Under the pieces are notes generated by a model, which searched no databases, had not been told where the DNA came from, and saw nothing but the letters and a program-made list of their open reading frames with translations. Both the position numbers and the translations under genes were made by a program. Shown piece after piece: positions 1 through 12,913 of a stretch of DNA of 60,000 bases. Source of the stretch: Mobula hypostoma. Lineage: Eukaryota. Each line of letters begins with the position of its first letter. Position 1 is the stretch's first letter. The stretch lies in assembly GCF_963921235.1 (NCBI RefSeq), contig NC_086097.1, positions 65,040,001 through 65,100,000 on the forward strand. The letters run 5' to 3'.

Positions 1-2349
1 TATGAACTTTGGATAGGTAAAATCTGTGTGAAGTGACGCATCCTTGAAAGAAATTTTAACATTCAGTTGGCTAAAAGTTGGGGGGGCGGGGGAGAAAATA
101 TCAAACACAAAGGACTACTGGAAAGAACATAAGAGTTTCACCCCCAGAATTCATATAGACACAAGCACACGCTGATCCTAAGATATTTCAGAGTCAATCT
201 TTATCTCCATCTTGAATATGCAAAATCGTTTGAAACTTCAAATGGGACATTTTTGTCCCAAGTTTCCACCCCATATCCATCCCGCCATACCTTCAAAACT
301 GGAAACTTTGTGGGGCTTTCCGCTAAATTCTGAACGATGTTTGGTAAACGGCCTTGAACGTACTTCACAGTTCCTTATTTGATAGAAACATCTCGCGAAA
401 CTTCTGCAGCTTGGCAGAAGCACGACTTGTAATTATTTGTGATATCCTCATTTACTAATGAATAACTATTTTGGGCATGGCTGTCTTTATAATGCAGCGA
501 AAGTAGAAAATATAAAAATTGTCCCGAAGTTGCGTTCCATTTTTCTACTCGGCAAGCTTTGGGAATCTTTACTTGATGTTACAGCGTTAAAAAAAAAACA
601 AATTCCCCAAAATAAATTTCGTGTTTAGCGCTTCCACTGCTGGTCTTCTCGCGAAAAGAACAGCAAATGGGGATCTTTATCTGTGGCTGCTACTCTTGCA
701 TTTTAATTTTTTTTGCAGAGTCCTTTAATAATTATATTTAATCCGTGCGCTGGCAGTCTGTTATCCTTATTATGGCCTGCGGCTAAATATACGAGTTGCG
801 TTGGTTAGCTTTGTGCCAATGTTTATAAATTTCCATTCCAAATGACTTTGTGTTGAAATGCATGTAACACCTTGGCGGAAAAAATAAAATCCAAAAGAAA
901 ATCCTCTACTCGCCGCCATGTCGTAGAATGCTGTAACTGGGATCAGATTACCTCTGTGTGTTGTGTAACTTAATCCGAATCCGTTCATAAAAAATGGTTT
1001 ACGATTGTTACACCAAATATCCAACTCTCAGATTGAAAATGAATGGTGTTCAAATAATCACAAACTCAGAAGTTAAGCACTTTGATTTTATTTTTACACT
1101 GATATCAAATATTTTGTTGCTAGTCTTCGAGAATTATGTAGGTAGAATTTTAGTTTCGCGTGACGACGAAGTTTTTCATTGCCATGTGCTGGACTTACCA
1201 GATAGAACATACTCAACGATAACTAGACACAAGTACTTCACAGCGTCCAAAATCCAGAAAAAGAATTAAGTGGCTATTGTACGATATTAATGGCCTTTCG
1301 CTATGAAAAGATACCACCGACATGTTCATAATAGAGATAATGCTTTTGGTTTATAGTGCCATCGTTTTGCTGAATTCCTGCATTATAAACAAACCTGTTT
1401 AATGTCAGAAACAGAATTGCTGTTTTAACGTTAAATGTTAACTTTTGTACAGTCGAAATAGTTTGACCTGTAGAAGGATTAAGAGATTCAAGGTGTCCAA
1501 ATGTATAATGTTGGCATTTAAATTTCAAATTCAAATTCATTAGAAAAAAGTCTCATTTCCAGGCTGAACATTAAAGTAACAACTATTTCATAATTATTTT
1601 CTATCCACAAAAGAGACACTCGTTCTAACAGCTAGAACGCCAAGTTTCTCAGTGAAAATGCCGAAAACAGCAAACAATAAAATTCTGTTCCATCTGAGGT
1701 AAATTGAAAGGGTTTGTAAAATTTTACACTCGCTTTAGATTATTGCGTTGGAGCTGGTTTAACTAATCTATTGATACATTTTATCAAAATGAATGGGTTA
1801 AATGTTTCGCGCATCAATGAGCTATTTTACACTCCGCTTTGAGAAAACATTTTAAATGACCAATAACGCATTGGCTCGTTGGCCATTAAATCTAATATTA
1901 GATACAAAATACATTGGAATATCTAAGTTGACACATTTTCAAACTAAGATTAAAACAATGTAAATTGTAACTATATCTTACTCCTTAAGACATAAAACTA
2001 CAATGAATGAAACAAATTGTGCAGTTGACATGTTTATGTGCTTGAAAACGTACTGTCGACTTCAATGGTTTTGCGTTTTACAAATTATATTATATCTATA
2101 AATTAATGTTTTGTTTTTAAAAAGAGGTTGCCCTTTGGAAAGCAAGATGCGCTCTTTTTTGAAGTTTTCAGCCATTCTCCGAGAAATGATCAAAGCAAAG
2201 TTTAGCCAGCGGTTTAGAAAAACAATATCTATGAGCACATGAAAAGGGTAACCAATGAGAAATGCCGCTACTCACAAACTTGCTGGACTATAACACAATA
2301 ATAACATAAAATAACGGTATAATTTATTGTAATTCACAGTGTCTACAAT

Positions 2350-2891
2350 TCACCAGTTCCACTCTTGTCTTCGCACTACAGGATGTGTGAGGTGATGATA
2401 GCTCGGGAAGATGCCGAGTGGTCCAGCGTGCTGCACCTGTTGAAAGCCATGAACGGCGAAAGCAGTGTAGGAATTACTAAGGTGAACAGTATCTCCGGGC
2501 TTGTCCTGGATCTGTATGGCCGTGATGGAGCAAGTATGACAGGGTTTGCCATCTTTGACCAGCACTGGCACCGCCACTCTGCGAACCAGTTGAGGCTGAT
2601 TAACATCCAACTGCAGGCTGCCTTCTACCCGGGCTCTCTTCATTTTATACCTATGGTTTTGGAACCAGATTTTCACCTGAGTTGGAGTCAGACTCAAACG
2701 GTGAGCGAAATGTTCGCGCTCAGGGGCAGATAAGTAACGTTGTTGTCGAAATCTTCGCTCAAGCTCAAACGTTTGAGCTTTGGAGAACAGGACACGTCTT
2801 TTCTTCTTCTTCTCGTTCATCGTGGTGGAGGACGAGACTTTTCTTTGGACACGGTCCTCAGAAGGTCTGTCGATGCTGCTTTCATCAGATG
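2350..2891 (-). CDS. NKX2-8: NK2 homeobox gene, coding exon 2 (homeodomain ~2808-2629, NK2-specific domain, C-terminal WNW)
   Basis: Encodes [32 protein letters not shown]...[14 protein letters not shown] (NK2 Tyr54), NK2-[17 protein letters not shown], and ends QEWNW*. Acceptor tttcgttatag|CA at 2892/2891 gives in-frame SSDESS, resembling NKX2-8. The WNW ending favours NKX2-8/Nkx2.9 over NKX2-2. Confidence 0.88.
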
Positions 2892-2984
2892 CTATAACGA
2901 AACATGTGCCCGGTCAAAGATACTGAATATGAAACCAAGACAGCAAATCAGCATCAAGCACCCACATCTAATTTCGATACTTAC
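2892..2984 (-). other. 93-nt GT-AG intron of the NK2 gene
   Basis: GTAAGT donor and pyrimidine-rich TAG acceptor; splicing preserves the frame. Confidence 0.88.
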
Positions 2985-3186
2985 ATATTTTGTCAGAACC
3001 AAGCCACCCAGAATAAGGCAGCTTGGAATAGTCTCGCAGCGACCGCGGGTCTCCTTCGCTCCTTATCAGAGCTGATGGGGTTACTTTTCCATTCCCTTGA
3101 TCCCAGTGATCAAGATTGTCCATTTCCTGTTGGTCTGGCAAATCTAAAATTCTGCGAACTGTAAAGTTGGTTCTCGCTATCGACAT
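2985..3186 (-). CDS. NKX2-8: NK2 homeobox gene, coding exon 1 with TN/eh1 motif
   Basis: ATG at 3186 gives MSIARTNFTVRRILDLPDQ (TN motif). Donor T|GTAAGT at 2985/2984 is phase 1 and matches the exon 2 acceptor. Spliced CDS is 202+542=744 nt, 247 aa. Confidence 0.88.
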
Positions 3187-3317
3187 GTTCACGATTATAT
3201 CAATCGCTCACCTAATTTCTGAAGAATAATATAGTTAAAGGGGTAGGAAACGTTTTCGAAGAAGATGGAACAATTATATTTCCTGCATATAATAGAGAAA
3301 TAAGAGGAAGCGTCCTA

Positions 3318-3331
3318 TGTTTATATAAACA
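3318..3331 (-). promoter_or_regulatory. Candidate TATA box within the 14-bp palindrome TGTTTATATAAACA
   Basis: TATATAAA lies ~135 bp upstream of the ATG; the palindrome also reads as two inverted forkhead-like ATAAACA sites. Confidence 0.5.
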
Positions 3332-3569
3332 GTCCTCTTCCCGCAAACAGTGACAACCTTCAGATCCTGTCTGACCATAGGACACCAAGTACCTGCATCA
3401 GTCAAGTACCAAAGCATTAATGTGAGTAGGTGTAACCCTAGCAGAGAATAAGCCGGCACTTCCCAAAAACAGCAGGAACTGGATTCATCATTACATATTC
3501 TGCGTGATTAGCAAAGAAAGTAGCCAACAGATAATGGTAATTGTGTTAGTGAATTAGTGAATTACATCT

Positions 3570-3623
3570 TGGGTGGTTAGTGGGAGCACAGCCCTTCCCC
3601 CTTCCCATTATTTGCATACAAAG
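3570..3623. promoter_or_regulatory. Candidate proximal module: Gli-like site plus Sox-Oct composite
   Basis: TGGGTGGTT at 3570-3578 (1 mismatch to Gli TGGGTGGTC); ATTTGCATACAAAG at 3610-3623 reads CTTTGT-ATGCAAAT on the minus strand. Confidence 0.45.
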
Positions 3624-4069
3624 TAAAGAAGCAGTGACAGGTTTCTCTAGTCCAGTTCATTTAATTACTTATTCATTTGCTACAAACTCATTTGTATTAT
3701 TAAAGTGAACTGAACACTCTACATTTATCGCACTTAAATGCAAAAGGTGAGTATTCCCCCCTAAATCCACTTCTGTGACTTTACTCCTAGTAGGAATTTC
3801 CTTGGCAAAATTTACAGTGGATTTGAATATCCGATATCGCGCTAACACACAGGTCATCGGTAAAGAGGATGCAAAACAAGTAAGACTGATTCTGACGACA
3901 GAGGTACAAGGAATAACATTTGCAAGGTCCGCTTGCTTTAGTTTTATTCAATGACTTAATATTTTATGTGCAATGTGAAGAAATATACAACTATATTTAT
4001 ATTTAAATACAGTTAACTGATCAAACGGTATCTTGCACGACATTATAATAGTTTTATTTCAAAACATTC

Positions 4070-4400
4070 AGTAAAAATTATAATTTAGTCAAGTAATAAC
4101 ATGACGCGTTTTTGGTGACGTTACCAGCAAACATGGCACTAATCCCGAGTTGACCATCTCTCTGAAAGTTTCTGTACGCAAATATTCCCATGCCATGCCT
4201 GTTTGTGCCACCTATCAAGCGTGCTTGTGTGACACTGTTCCATGCTCCACAAACTCCCTCACAACGTCCTGGGTGGTCGAAACCGGGAGAACACAAATAC
4301 ATGCCAACTGCTAGGCTGCAAACAATGGAGGAAATGTAGACCAACGTCGCAGACCTGTTGGAAGCATTTGTTCCAGTCAAGATTTTGCATTTGTTCAGTC
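4070..4400. promoter_or_regulatory. Candidate Shh/Gli-responsive neural enhancer
   Basis: Perfect Gli consensus TGGGTGGTC at 4270-4278 and Sox site AACAATGG at 4321-4328, ~1.1 kb upstream of an Nkx2.9-type gene (a known Gli target). Boundaries are approximate. Confidence 0.6.
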
Positions 4401-5801
4401 ATCAAATAATAGATGATTGACGCCTCAGCACAATGTGCTTTAACTTTTTGGGATAAGTCCGAGTTTGTTCCTTGTTGTCATGGTTTTCAATGGCATTAAA
4501 AGGGATTTGCCTGCTATCGACTTCGTTCCACATCTAATACAACCAAGTGCATGAAAAGTTGTTACTTCCATCGTTTAGAATCAAACAGGATTTCTTAAAA
4601 TGTAAAATCAGAGGATAATTCACTCACGCTGGAAAGATGGACTATCTATTCCAAATTCAATTTTCTCCATATTAATAGCTTAACATATTCAGAGCAGATG
4701 CAGTTCCTCGAATTGTAAAGTACCTTAGGAAGAGTTGGTTTCGAAATTCAGGAAACGCGTCAGTAAATAAAGCAGGCAAACATTTGCTTCGATGATCGAA
4801 TGGAATAGTTACAAGGTTCATCTGAATATTTCACTAATTGGTACTCGATTATAATGCTCCACATTCGTTGTAGTGTAGGTAATTATTGGAATGATTATCA
4901 GTAACGGAATAACGCCTCTGACGCAGAATAAGTCTCCATGTTTATGGTGATTGTGTTTACATTGTAAACTTATTGGAAGTAAACCCTGTAAAAGAGATGC
5001 ACAGTGGTTTTCTGAAGTTGTAGAATAATAACGACATACTGTTAATTTTCAGCAACAGAATCGCTCTCTGATTCACCATACGTGTACATTGCAACACTGT
5101 TAAACGCCGCTCTAAATATAAAAATCCCCATGGATGACACTATGTAACTAAGAATAAAATATTCTGCTGTACAACTTTACCAATCATTGCCCAATGTAAA
5201 TGCAGGAGGAGTTCGGCGAGGGTAAACCAGATTTACATCCTTAGTGACCTCCTGTAGCCTCTTAATCTAGTTAACATCTGAAGACTACAACGAGGTGTAA
5301 AAATAAGTAAATAGAGGCAATTACACGTTTAAGGGCTCTTCACTGTCAAACGTTTGCTTTCGTTTCTGGAAGATTTCAGTAGTATGAATATTTGAAAGCA
5401 AATTACACTTGATATTTTGCAAGAGCGAATTTTAGTGCCACCTCGTTTACTGTGCACAAACAAAAAGCGCAATGAATACTGGATATGAAGTGCCAGAATT
5501 ACATTGATTAAAGATTGAGTTCCAGTTTCCTATATCCTTTGTTGTTAAAAAGCCAACATTTTGCTGATAAATAAGGATATTTTAAGCAACGTTTTCTCTA
5601 TATACCCACAATAATCTAAACTTTATTCTTTCAATGATTTGTAATATTTTGCAAACTTTATAAGCTTGATTTCTGGTAAATGTATTTTAGTATATATTAT
5701 ACAACTACGATCTCGCTGCTCTGCAAAAACACGTAGTAAATCCGATATTACTTTATTTCCACGTAATTCTGAAAATGCCAACAAGAAGACTCACGAACTC
5801 G

Positions 5802-5880
5802 CAGGAGTTCCCAATTTTTTTATGCCATGAACCAATACTACTAAGCAAGGAGTCCGTAGACCCTAGGTTGGGAACCCCTA
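5802..5880. mobile_element. Short hAT-like MITE
   Basis: Inverted ends CAGGAGTTCCCAA...TTGGGAACCCCTA resemble CAGGGGTTCCCAA hAT TIRs; no clear TSD. Confidence 0.6.
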
Positions 5881-6905
5881 TAAATTAAGAGCATAGACAA
5901 GCGTGGGAGTTTACACTGGAAGCAAGACCGGATATAACTTTAAAGCGTTCTGATAAATTAGGAGATCAGGTTAGGACAGCAGAAATGACGAACAAAGTAG
6001 CAGATTACTCTTGATGTGCAGAGTGCAGCTTCAAATTTCACTGCTACAGAGAATATAAATTCTGGGTTCTAAGAGGCCACAGAACCCAATCCACCATTTT
6101 CTCCTTATGGACAAGCATTTCAAATTCCCTGGTTAGACCGGGATCTTCATGCAGTTGCTTGTCACATAAGGGAAACAATGTTTAATACCTGTGAAGTGAT
6201 TACACCTTTAGGGCAGTTCAGTTTCAGAATTAAAGCAAAAAAAACTCTTGTATTGCCGCTTCTCAGTCTCACCTGTGAATCATTCAATCAGATTTATGAA
6301 TATACTCCAGTTCAGTGGAGTATTTCCAAATCATAGCTTCCCAGTCTCTCAACTCTCAAAATCTCTCTCTTAACCTTTTGGCTTTTATTGCTCCCCCCAG
6401 AAATTCTACATCTTATGTTTGCTTCAAGATAGTATGTAAACCACAATCCTAATGAACATGCTCACAACGGAGCCAACTCTGTCAAAACCATGTCAACCAA
6501 GGTTGCACCATTGCCCCAACACTTCTTTCAACTTCTCGCTGCAAAACCAGCCTTCATCTGCAACAAACTTCCCACAGGAGTGTCTTGAACCTTCAGAACC
6601 AAGAGCAAACTCATCAACCAACAATACTTACAGGGCAGATCCAAGATTATGTGAACCCTAGCTGGAGAGCTAGTATGCAGATGATGTTCGGAGAGGTCCA
6701 CATTCAGAAGCTGAAGCACATGAGAGGGTAGGTGGTACTCACAACATCCACAAGACTGAAGTCCTTTTCCATTGTCCTTTGTCACTGCTTACAATGCCAT
6801 TCACCAATAATTGGGTACAGGGAAGACTGACACTAAAGATAAAATTCACCATTGCCTTCACTGCAGTAGCCTAGTCTTTGGGTTATTAAGGAAAGGAGCT
6901 TTGTT

Positions 6906-8505
6906 AGTTCAAAGTTCAAAGTAAAATTTATTATCAGAGTACATACACGTCACCATATACAACCCTAAGATGCGTTTTCTGTAGTCATACTCAGCAAATC
7001 TATAGAACAGTAACTGTAAACTGCAAACATCATTAACTGTAAACAAGCTGAAAATGCAGATAATAAATAAATAGCAATAAATAACGAGCATGGAATAACA
7101 AGATAAAAGAATGCTTAAGTGAGTATAATTATCCCCTTTTGTTCAAGAGCCTGATGGTTGAGGGGTAGTAACTGTTCTTGAACCTGGTGGTGAAGGTCCT
7201 GAGGCACCTGAACCTTCTACCTGATGGCAGCAGTGAGAAAACAGCATGGCCTGGACAGTGAGGATCTCTGATGATGGATGCTGCTTTTCTACGTCAACCT
7301 TTCATACAGATGTGCTTAATGGTTGGGAGTGTTTTATCCATGATGTACAGGACTGAATCCATTACCTTTTGGAGGATTTTCCACTCAAGATCATTGGTGT
7401 TCCTAAACTAGGACATAATGCACTTTTCACCACATATCGATAGAAGTTTGCTAAGGTTTTTGAAGACATGCTGAATCTCCACAGGCTCCTGAGGAAGTAG
7501 AGATGCTATTGTACTTTCTTTGCAATTATATTTATATAATGAGTCCAGGACAGGTCCTCCAAGATAGTGACACCCAGGAATTTAAAGTTACTGACCCTTG
7601 CTGATCCTCCAATGATTGCTGGCTCATGGACCTCTGGTTTCCTTCTCTTGAAGTCTACTATGAGTTCCTTGGTCTTGATGACATTGAGTGAGAGGTTGTT
7701 GTTATTACACCAGTCAGCCAAATTTTCAATCTCCCTCCTGTATGCTGATTCATCACCACCTTTGATACAGCCCATCACATTGGAGTCATAAGCACAGTTA
7801 TACATGGTGTTGGAGCTGTACTTAGCCACACAGTCATAGGTGCAAAGCAAGTAGAGCAGGGGTCTATATACACATCTTGCAGTGTTCCTGTACTGATGAA
7901 GATTGTGGAGAAGATGTTTTTGTGATCTGAACTGACTGGGGTAAAAGTGAGGAAATCCAGGATCGAACTGCACAAGGAGGGATTGAGGCCCAGGTCTTGG
8001 AGTTTACTGATTAGTTTAGAGGGGGTGGTGGTGTTAAATATTGAGCTGTAATCAATAAAGAGCATCCTACTGTCCAAGGTTGTGTGAAGAGCCAATGAGA
8101 TGGCATCTGCTCTAGACCTGTTGCTTCAGTAGATGAATTGGAGTGGATCCAAGTCACCATTCAGACAGGAGCTGGTCATTTGGGGAATTTGCGCAATCCC
8201 ATTGTTTGGGTGTCTTTGTTAATCATTCAGTTAAATAACTTGCAGAGTCAGCAAGTGAGCTTGCGCCTTGGGGTGTTAAATTGATCACAAAATTGATCGA
8301 GAGTGCCTTTATCTTCAATAGCAGCCTCTCAAAACACTTCATCACTGTGGATGTAAGTGCTGCTGGGAGATAGTAATTTTGATATGTTCTTCTTGGGCAC
8401 CGGTACAATTAAAGTCTGCTAGAAGCAGATTGAAGATATCTGTGAACACACCAGCCAGCTGGTCAGCACAGGTCATCAGTACTCAGCCAGGTACTCCATC
8501 CAAAT
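6906..8505 (-). mobile_element. Rex1/Babar-clade LINE, 5'-truncated and decayed
   Basis: RT fragments [62 protein letters not shown]; (CTTTGAA)n tail at ~6906. Confidence 0.8.
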
Positions 8506-9288
8506 CAAGACTTCAACTCCAGAACAAAGCTGGGGATCCCTGTTCCTACCCTCTGCTGAGATATGAATCACCTGTAGTTGCACATTAAGACACTTGAAAA
8601 GTCCCACTGACACTTACTGTAAAATCCTTCAACTCCACTGGAAGGATAAGCATACTAACATCAGAGATCCTTCCCAAGCTACTATCCCCAGCAGTGAGGC
8701 CCTAAGTACACTCCATTCACTCCACTGGCCAGACCAGATTTAATAAGTCTGAAACAGACTATATTCAATGCTCTGTCATCAGAAGTGATTACCAGGTCAA
8801 CAAAGGAAACTTGCAATGTCTCATTGAAAGGATACAGCACCTCTGCTGACTCTTGCAAATCAATTAATTATGAACAGCCAAAGTGGAGAAGGAAAATCTA
8901 AAATAGCACTGAGAACTTTGAATCCATATGTTGAAAGTACACAGGTAGTCACCTTAAGCAGAGCACAATCTGCCCGCTCTGTTTAACTGTCTGTGGAAGG
9001 GTCTGCAGTTTCCCCGTTGGCCACTGGAGCCACACTCAAATCCTCTGTGACAAGGTGAAAGCAAGTCATTGTTTGCACTGAATTACATCTTTGACTCTGA
9101 AGGACAGCCAACAAGGACTATGAAGGTTGGGCATACTAGAAGGAAGCTCCCAAAGAATTTGTTAGCATTTATTATTGATAAAGATAAAATAAAGATTATA
9201 TCTCAACCACAAATACCATTCATTTCTCTGTAGGATTGAGATTTGAAACATTAAATATACCAAGATTTGGTTGAGCACAATAAAGGTT

Positions 9289-9985
9289 AGACCATAAGAC
9301 CATAAGACGTAGGAGTATAATGAGGCTACTCAGTCCATTCAGTCAGCTCCAGAATTCCAGAATGGCTGATTCAATATTCCTCTCAACCCCAGTCTCCTGC
9401 CTTCTCTCCATAACATTTGAGACCTTGACTAATCAAAAATTTATCAACCACTAAATATACTCAATGCCCTGGCCTCCATAGACATCTATGGCAATCCAGT
9501 CCACAAATTCATTATCCTGTGGCTAAAGAAATTCCTCCTCACCTCTATCCTAAATGAATGCCCTTCTATTCTGAGGCTGTGCCCTCTGGTCCTGGAAATA
9601 CCTTTTGCACATTCACTCTGTCTAGGCATTTCAATATCCAATAGGTTTCAATGAGATATCCCCTTATTCTTCTAAACTCCAGTGAGTACAGGCCCAGAAC
9701 CATCAATCGCTCCTCATACCCTTTCGTCGCACCCTGTCATTCGTAGAATTGTTCTTGTGAACCCCTCCCTGGACCTTCTCCAATGCCAGCTCATCTTTTC
9801 TTAAATAAGGGGCCCCCAAACTGCTTACAATACTCTAATTGAGGTCTGACCCATGCCTTATAAAGCCTCAGCATTACAACCTTGGTCTTATATTTTAGTT
9901 GTCTCAAAATGAATGCTATCATTGTATTTTCCTTGTCACCACTGACTCAACTTGCAAGTTAATTTGGGAATCCTGCACAAGGGCA
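9289..9985 (-). mobile_element. CR1 LINE 3' fragment
   Basis: Starts AGACCATAAGACCATAAGAC (tail) and is colinear with the CR1 3' ends at 21050 and 46967. Confidence 0.85.
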
Positions 9986-11856
9986 GGACATATTTTTCAA
10001 TGTTTTCCCTGTCATGATGGGAGGTAGGAATAGGTACAAAGGAATTGAATTTACTGAGGGGTGTGGAATGCTGTTGAGAGTCCAACCAGGCCATCATGGC
10101 GTCAGGAATAAAATCATCTGGCACTCGTAACGGCTGCCTGTATACCAACTCAGCTGTGGACAACTGCAGGTCCTCTTTTGGAGCTGCCCTAAGCCCCAGC
10201 ATTCTTGCTCACTGGCATTCGACACAGGCTGTAGTCCAATCACCCATGTCCTTTCTAAGGCCATGCCACACAAACTTTAATGCAACTAGCTTCTGTGAGA
10301 CCTACCGGCCTGAATGTGAGAGGTCATGTCTGGAGTCAAAAACAGTGCACCTCCAGTTTGCGGGCACTATGGGGCAAGAGCGACCGGCTGAGACATCGCA
10401 CAGAGAGAAAACCCAGCCTCCCTGAACTTAATGTCAACTGCAGGCCCGTGACTGCTCTTCGGTAAGCCTGGACCTCTGGGTCAGTAGTTGGTCGGCTGCC
10501 CCTAGGTGTACGGCCTCAATGGCTGGCCGTGAGAGGCAATCAGGCACGGCATTATTTTTCCTCTTGATATGTTGTATATCAGTTGTGAACTCTGGTGGCA
10601 TTGCTACCATGCAGATCATATTTTGGCCATCTTGTGCTCAGTGAATGCTGTGACATGGCGACCCTCTAGAAGAAATCAAAACTGGCAATCAGGCAACTAG
10701 AGACCGAGAAACTCATGGTCAAATGTGCTCTACTTCCTTTTGTGGGGACAGAACTGCTGGCTGAAGAAGGTAAGCATTCTGCCACATACCTCGGACCCAC
10801 AAACTGTTCATGCACAGGACCCACAGTATAGTCTGGAGCATCAGCAGTAATGGTTATAGGGTGCACCAGTGGGGTTGCATTGGAAAGAGCTTGTTTGGTA
10901 GCGTCAAATGCCCTGGTCTTGTCCGCTGACCAGTCCAGCATGTGATTAGGGGTATTGCCTTTAAGGGCATTATACAAGGAAAGCATGAGCTCAACAGCTT
11001 TGCAGAAAGAAGTGGTAATTGAAATCAACTGTACCAAAAATCTCCCGAACAGTTTTATTAGTGTGGGACAGTGGGAAATCCACAATTGCGGCTACTTTTG
11101 ATGGGAGTGGTTTCACACCTTCTGCGGAGGGGCGATGGCCAAGAAAACCAATGGTTGACAATCCAAATTGGCATTTAGCAATGTTAATAAACAATCTGTC
11201 TTGGCTTAAGCGCTCGAGAAGTGTGCGGAGATGAAATAAGTGTTTGGATTCGGATGGACTGGCGACAAGTATGTCATCCAGGTAAACGAAAAGAAAGACT
11301 AAGTCTTTTAATACAGAGTCCTTCAGCCACTGAAAGTCTGTGCTGCATTTTTTGGTCCAAATATCATGCACAGAAACTCAAAGAGGCCAAATGGGGTTAT
11401 CACAGCTGTCTTGTGAGTATCATCCGAGCACACAGGCACCTGATGATAGCCCCTAACTAAGTTGACTTTGTAAAATTTAATTTTCCGCTAAATGTGCTGA
11501 AAAATCTTGGATGTGTGGGACTGGATAACAGTTGGGGGTGGTGACCTCGTTAACGCATCTGTAATTACCACATGGGTGGCAACCACCGTTGGACTTAGGG
11601 ACCAAATAGAGGGGTGAAGCCCAGGGGCTATTTGATCACTGTACAATGCCAAGTTTTTCAATGTTGGCAAACTCAGCCCTTGCAGTGGCCAGCTTTTCTG
11701 TATCCAGTTTATGCAGGCAGGGATGGACTGGTAGGCCAGTTGTGGAAATGTGGCGCTCAACCCAGTGTTTTGTGACTGTAGTGGAGAATGTGGGCTTGGT
11801 GAGGTTTAGGAATTCGGCCAGCAGTCGAACAGTCACACTTATCAGTGTGAACTAGG

Positions 11857-12043
11857 AAATTTTGTAAATGCTTGTAATTTTCAACTTGTAAATCTTGTAC
11901 ATTTTATTTTTAAGGTAATTTATTTTTTCTTCTTTCTTACTTCTCTCCTAATACTTGTATATCTGTGCACTTCTAATGCAACTGTGACACTGTAATTTCC
12001 TTTGGAATCAATAAAATATTTATCTACTCTATCTATCTATCTA
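11857..12043 (+). mobile_element. LINE 3' UTR fragment (Rex1-like) inserted in the Gypsy pol
   Basis: AT-rich segment ending AATAAA plus (TCTA)n, interrupting pol between protease and RT. Confidence 0.55.
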
Positions 12044-12913
12044 ACCTCTCATGCAGTGGTGCATGCCCTTGATAGTCGTAAGGAACTTACTGGGGGAGCA
12101 GGGTAACGACTCAAAGTCCTTGACATTCACAAGCCAGGAGTTCATAAGATCATCTAACAGTCCTTGGGAACACAAGAAATCTGCTCTGAGCAGAGGTCTA
12201 GCCACTTTAGCCAGGCCGAAGTCTCATGTGTAACTTCGCCCATTGAAGCAGAGTGTCACCCGTCGTGTCCTGTAAGTTTGGATCCTGCTGCCATTGGCGG
12301 CCTTCAGCGAGGTTTTGTTGCTCTTTGCCTTCTCATCAGTAGGTGATGCTGGCAGCACGCTCACAGTAGCACCCGCGTCACACAGGATGCATCGCCCTGA
12401 AAGGGTGTCCGTAATGAACAGTAGACAACCCTGGCAGCTGGAACCCATGGTGTTCACAGACCTCTGATGTCCCGATGCACTGGCACTGTCGAAGCTGCAT
12501 GTGATCGGCACTTCCTAGTGTTTGTACTGGAGTGAGCAGAGTAAAAACACTCTGACGCTCCGACGACGTAGCATCACTGAGGCTGGGGAAGAAGAGCAAC
12601 TGTTTGGTGTGCTCAGACTCCAATACTTCAAAAGTCTGTAAAAGGTGATTTCTCAGCGATCAGTATTTATCGTGTTCAGTTCAGTGTTCTAGTAGACTCA
12701 CCACTCTCACAGCAGCAGAGTTGCTGAGCGATGCTACTTCATAGAAGAATGTGGTGCTGTTGGTGGTGATTTGTTGCAGCACGAATTGGGCCTTGACTTG
12801 TACAAACCAAGCAGCAGCACTTCTGCTCTCAAAACTATGACAGTTTCAAAGTGACTGTGTTGGCCAACATGTTCAAAAACTCTGGAATCATCCAAGAGCA
12901 TCAGAGTCACTGA

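Noticed and set aside
2365..3164. Plus-strand ORFs overlapping the homeobox gene
   Set aside because: Antisense shadows with no recognisable domains.
3187..3192. GTG start called by the ORF track for exon 1
   Set aside because: An in-frame ATG at 3186 directly precedes the TN motif and is the expected eukaryotic start.
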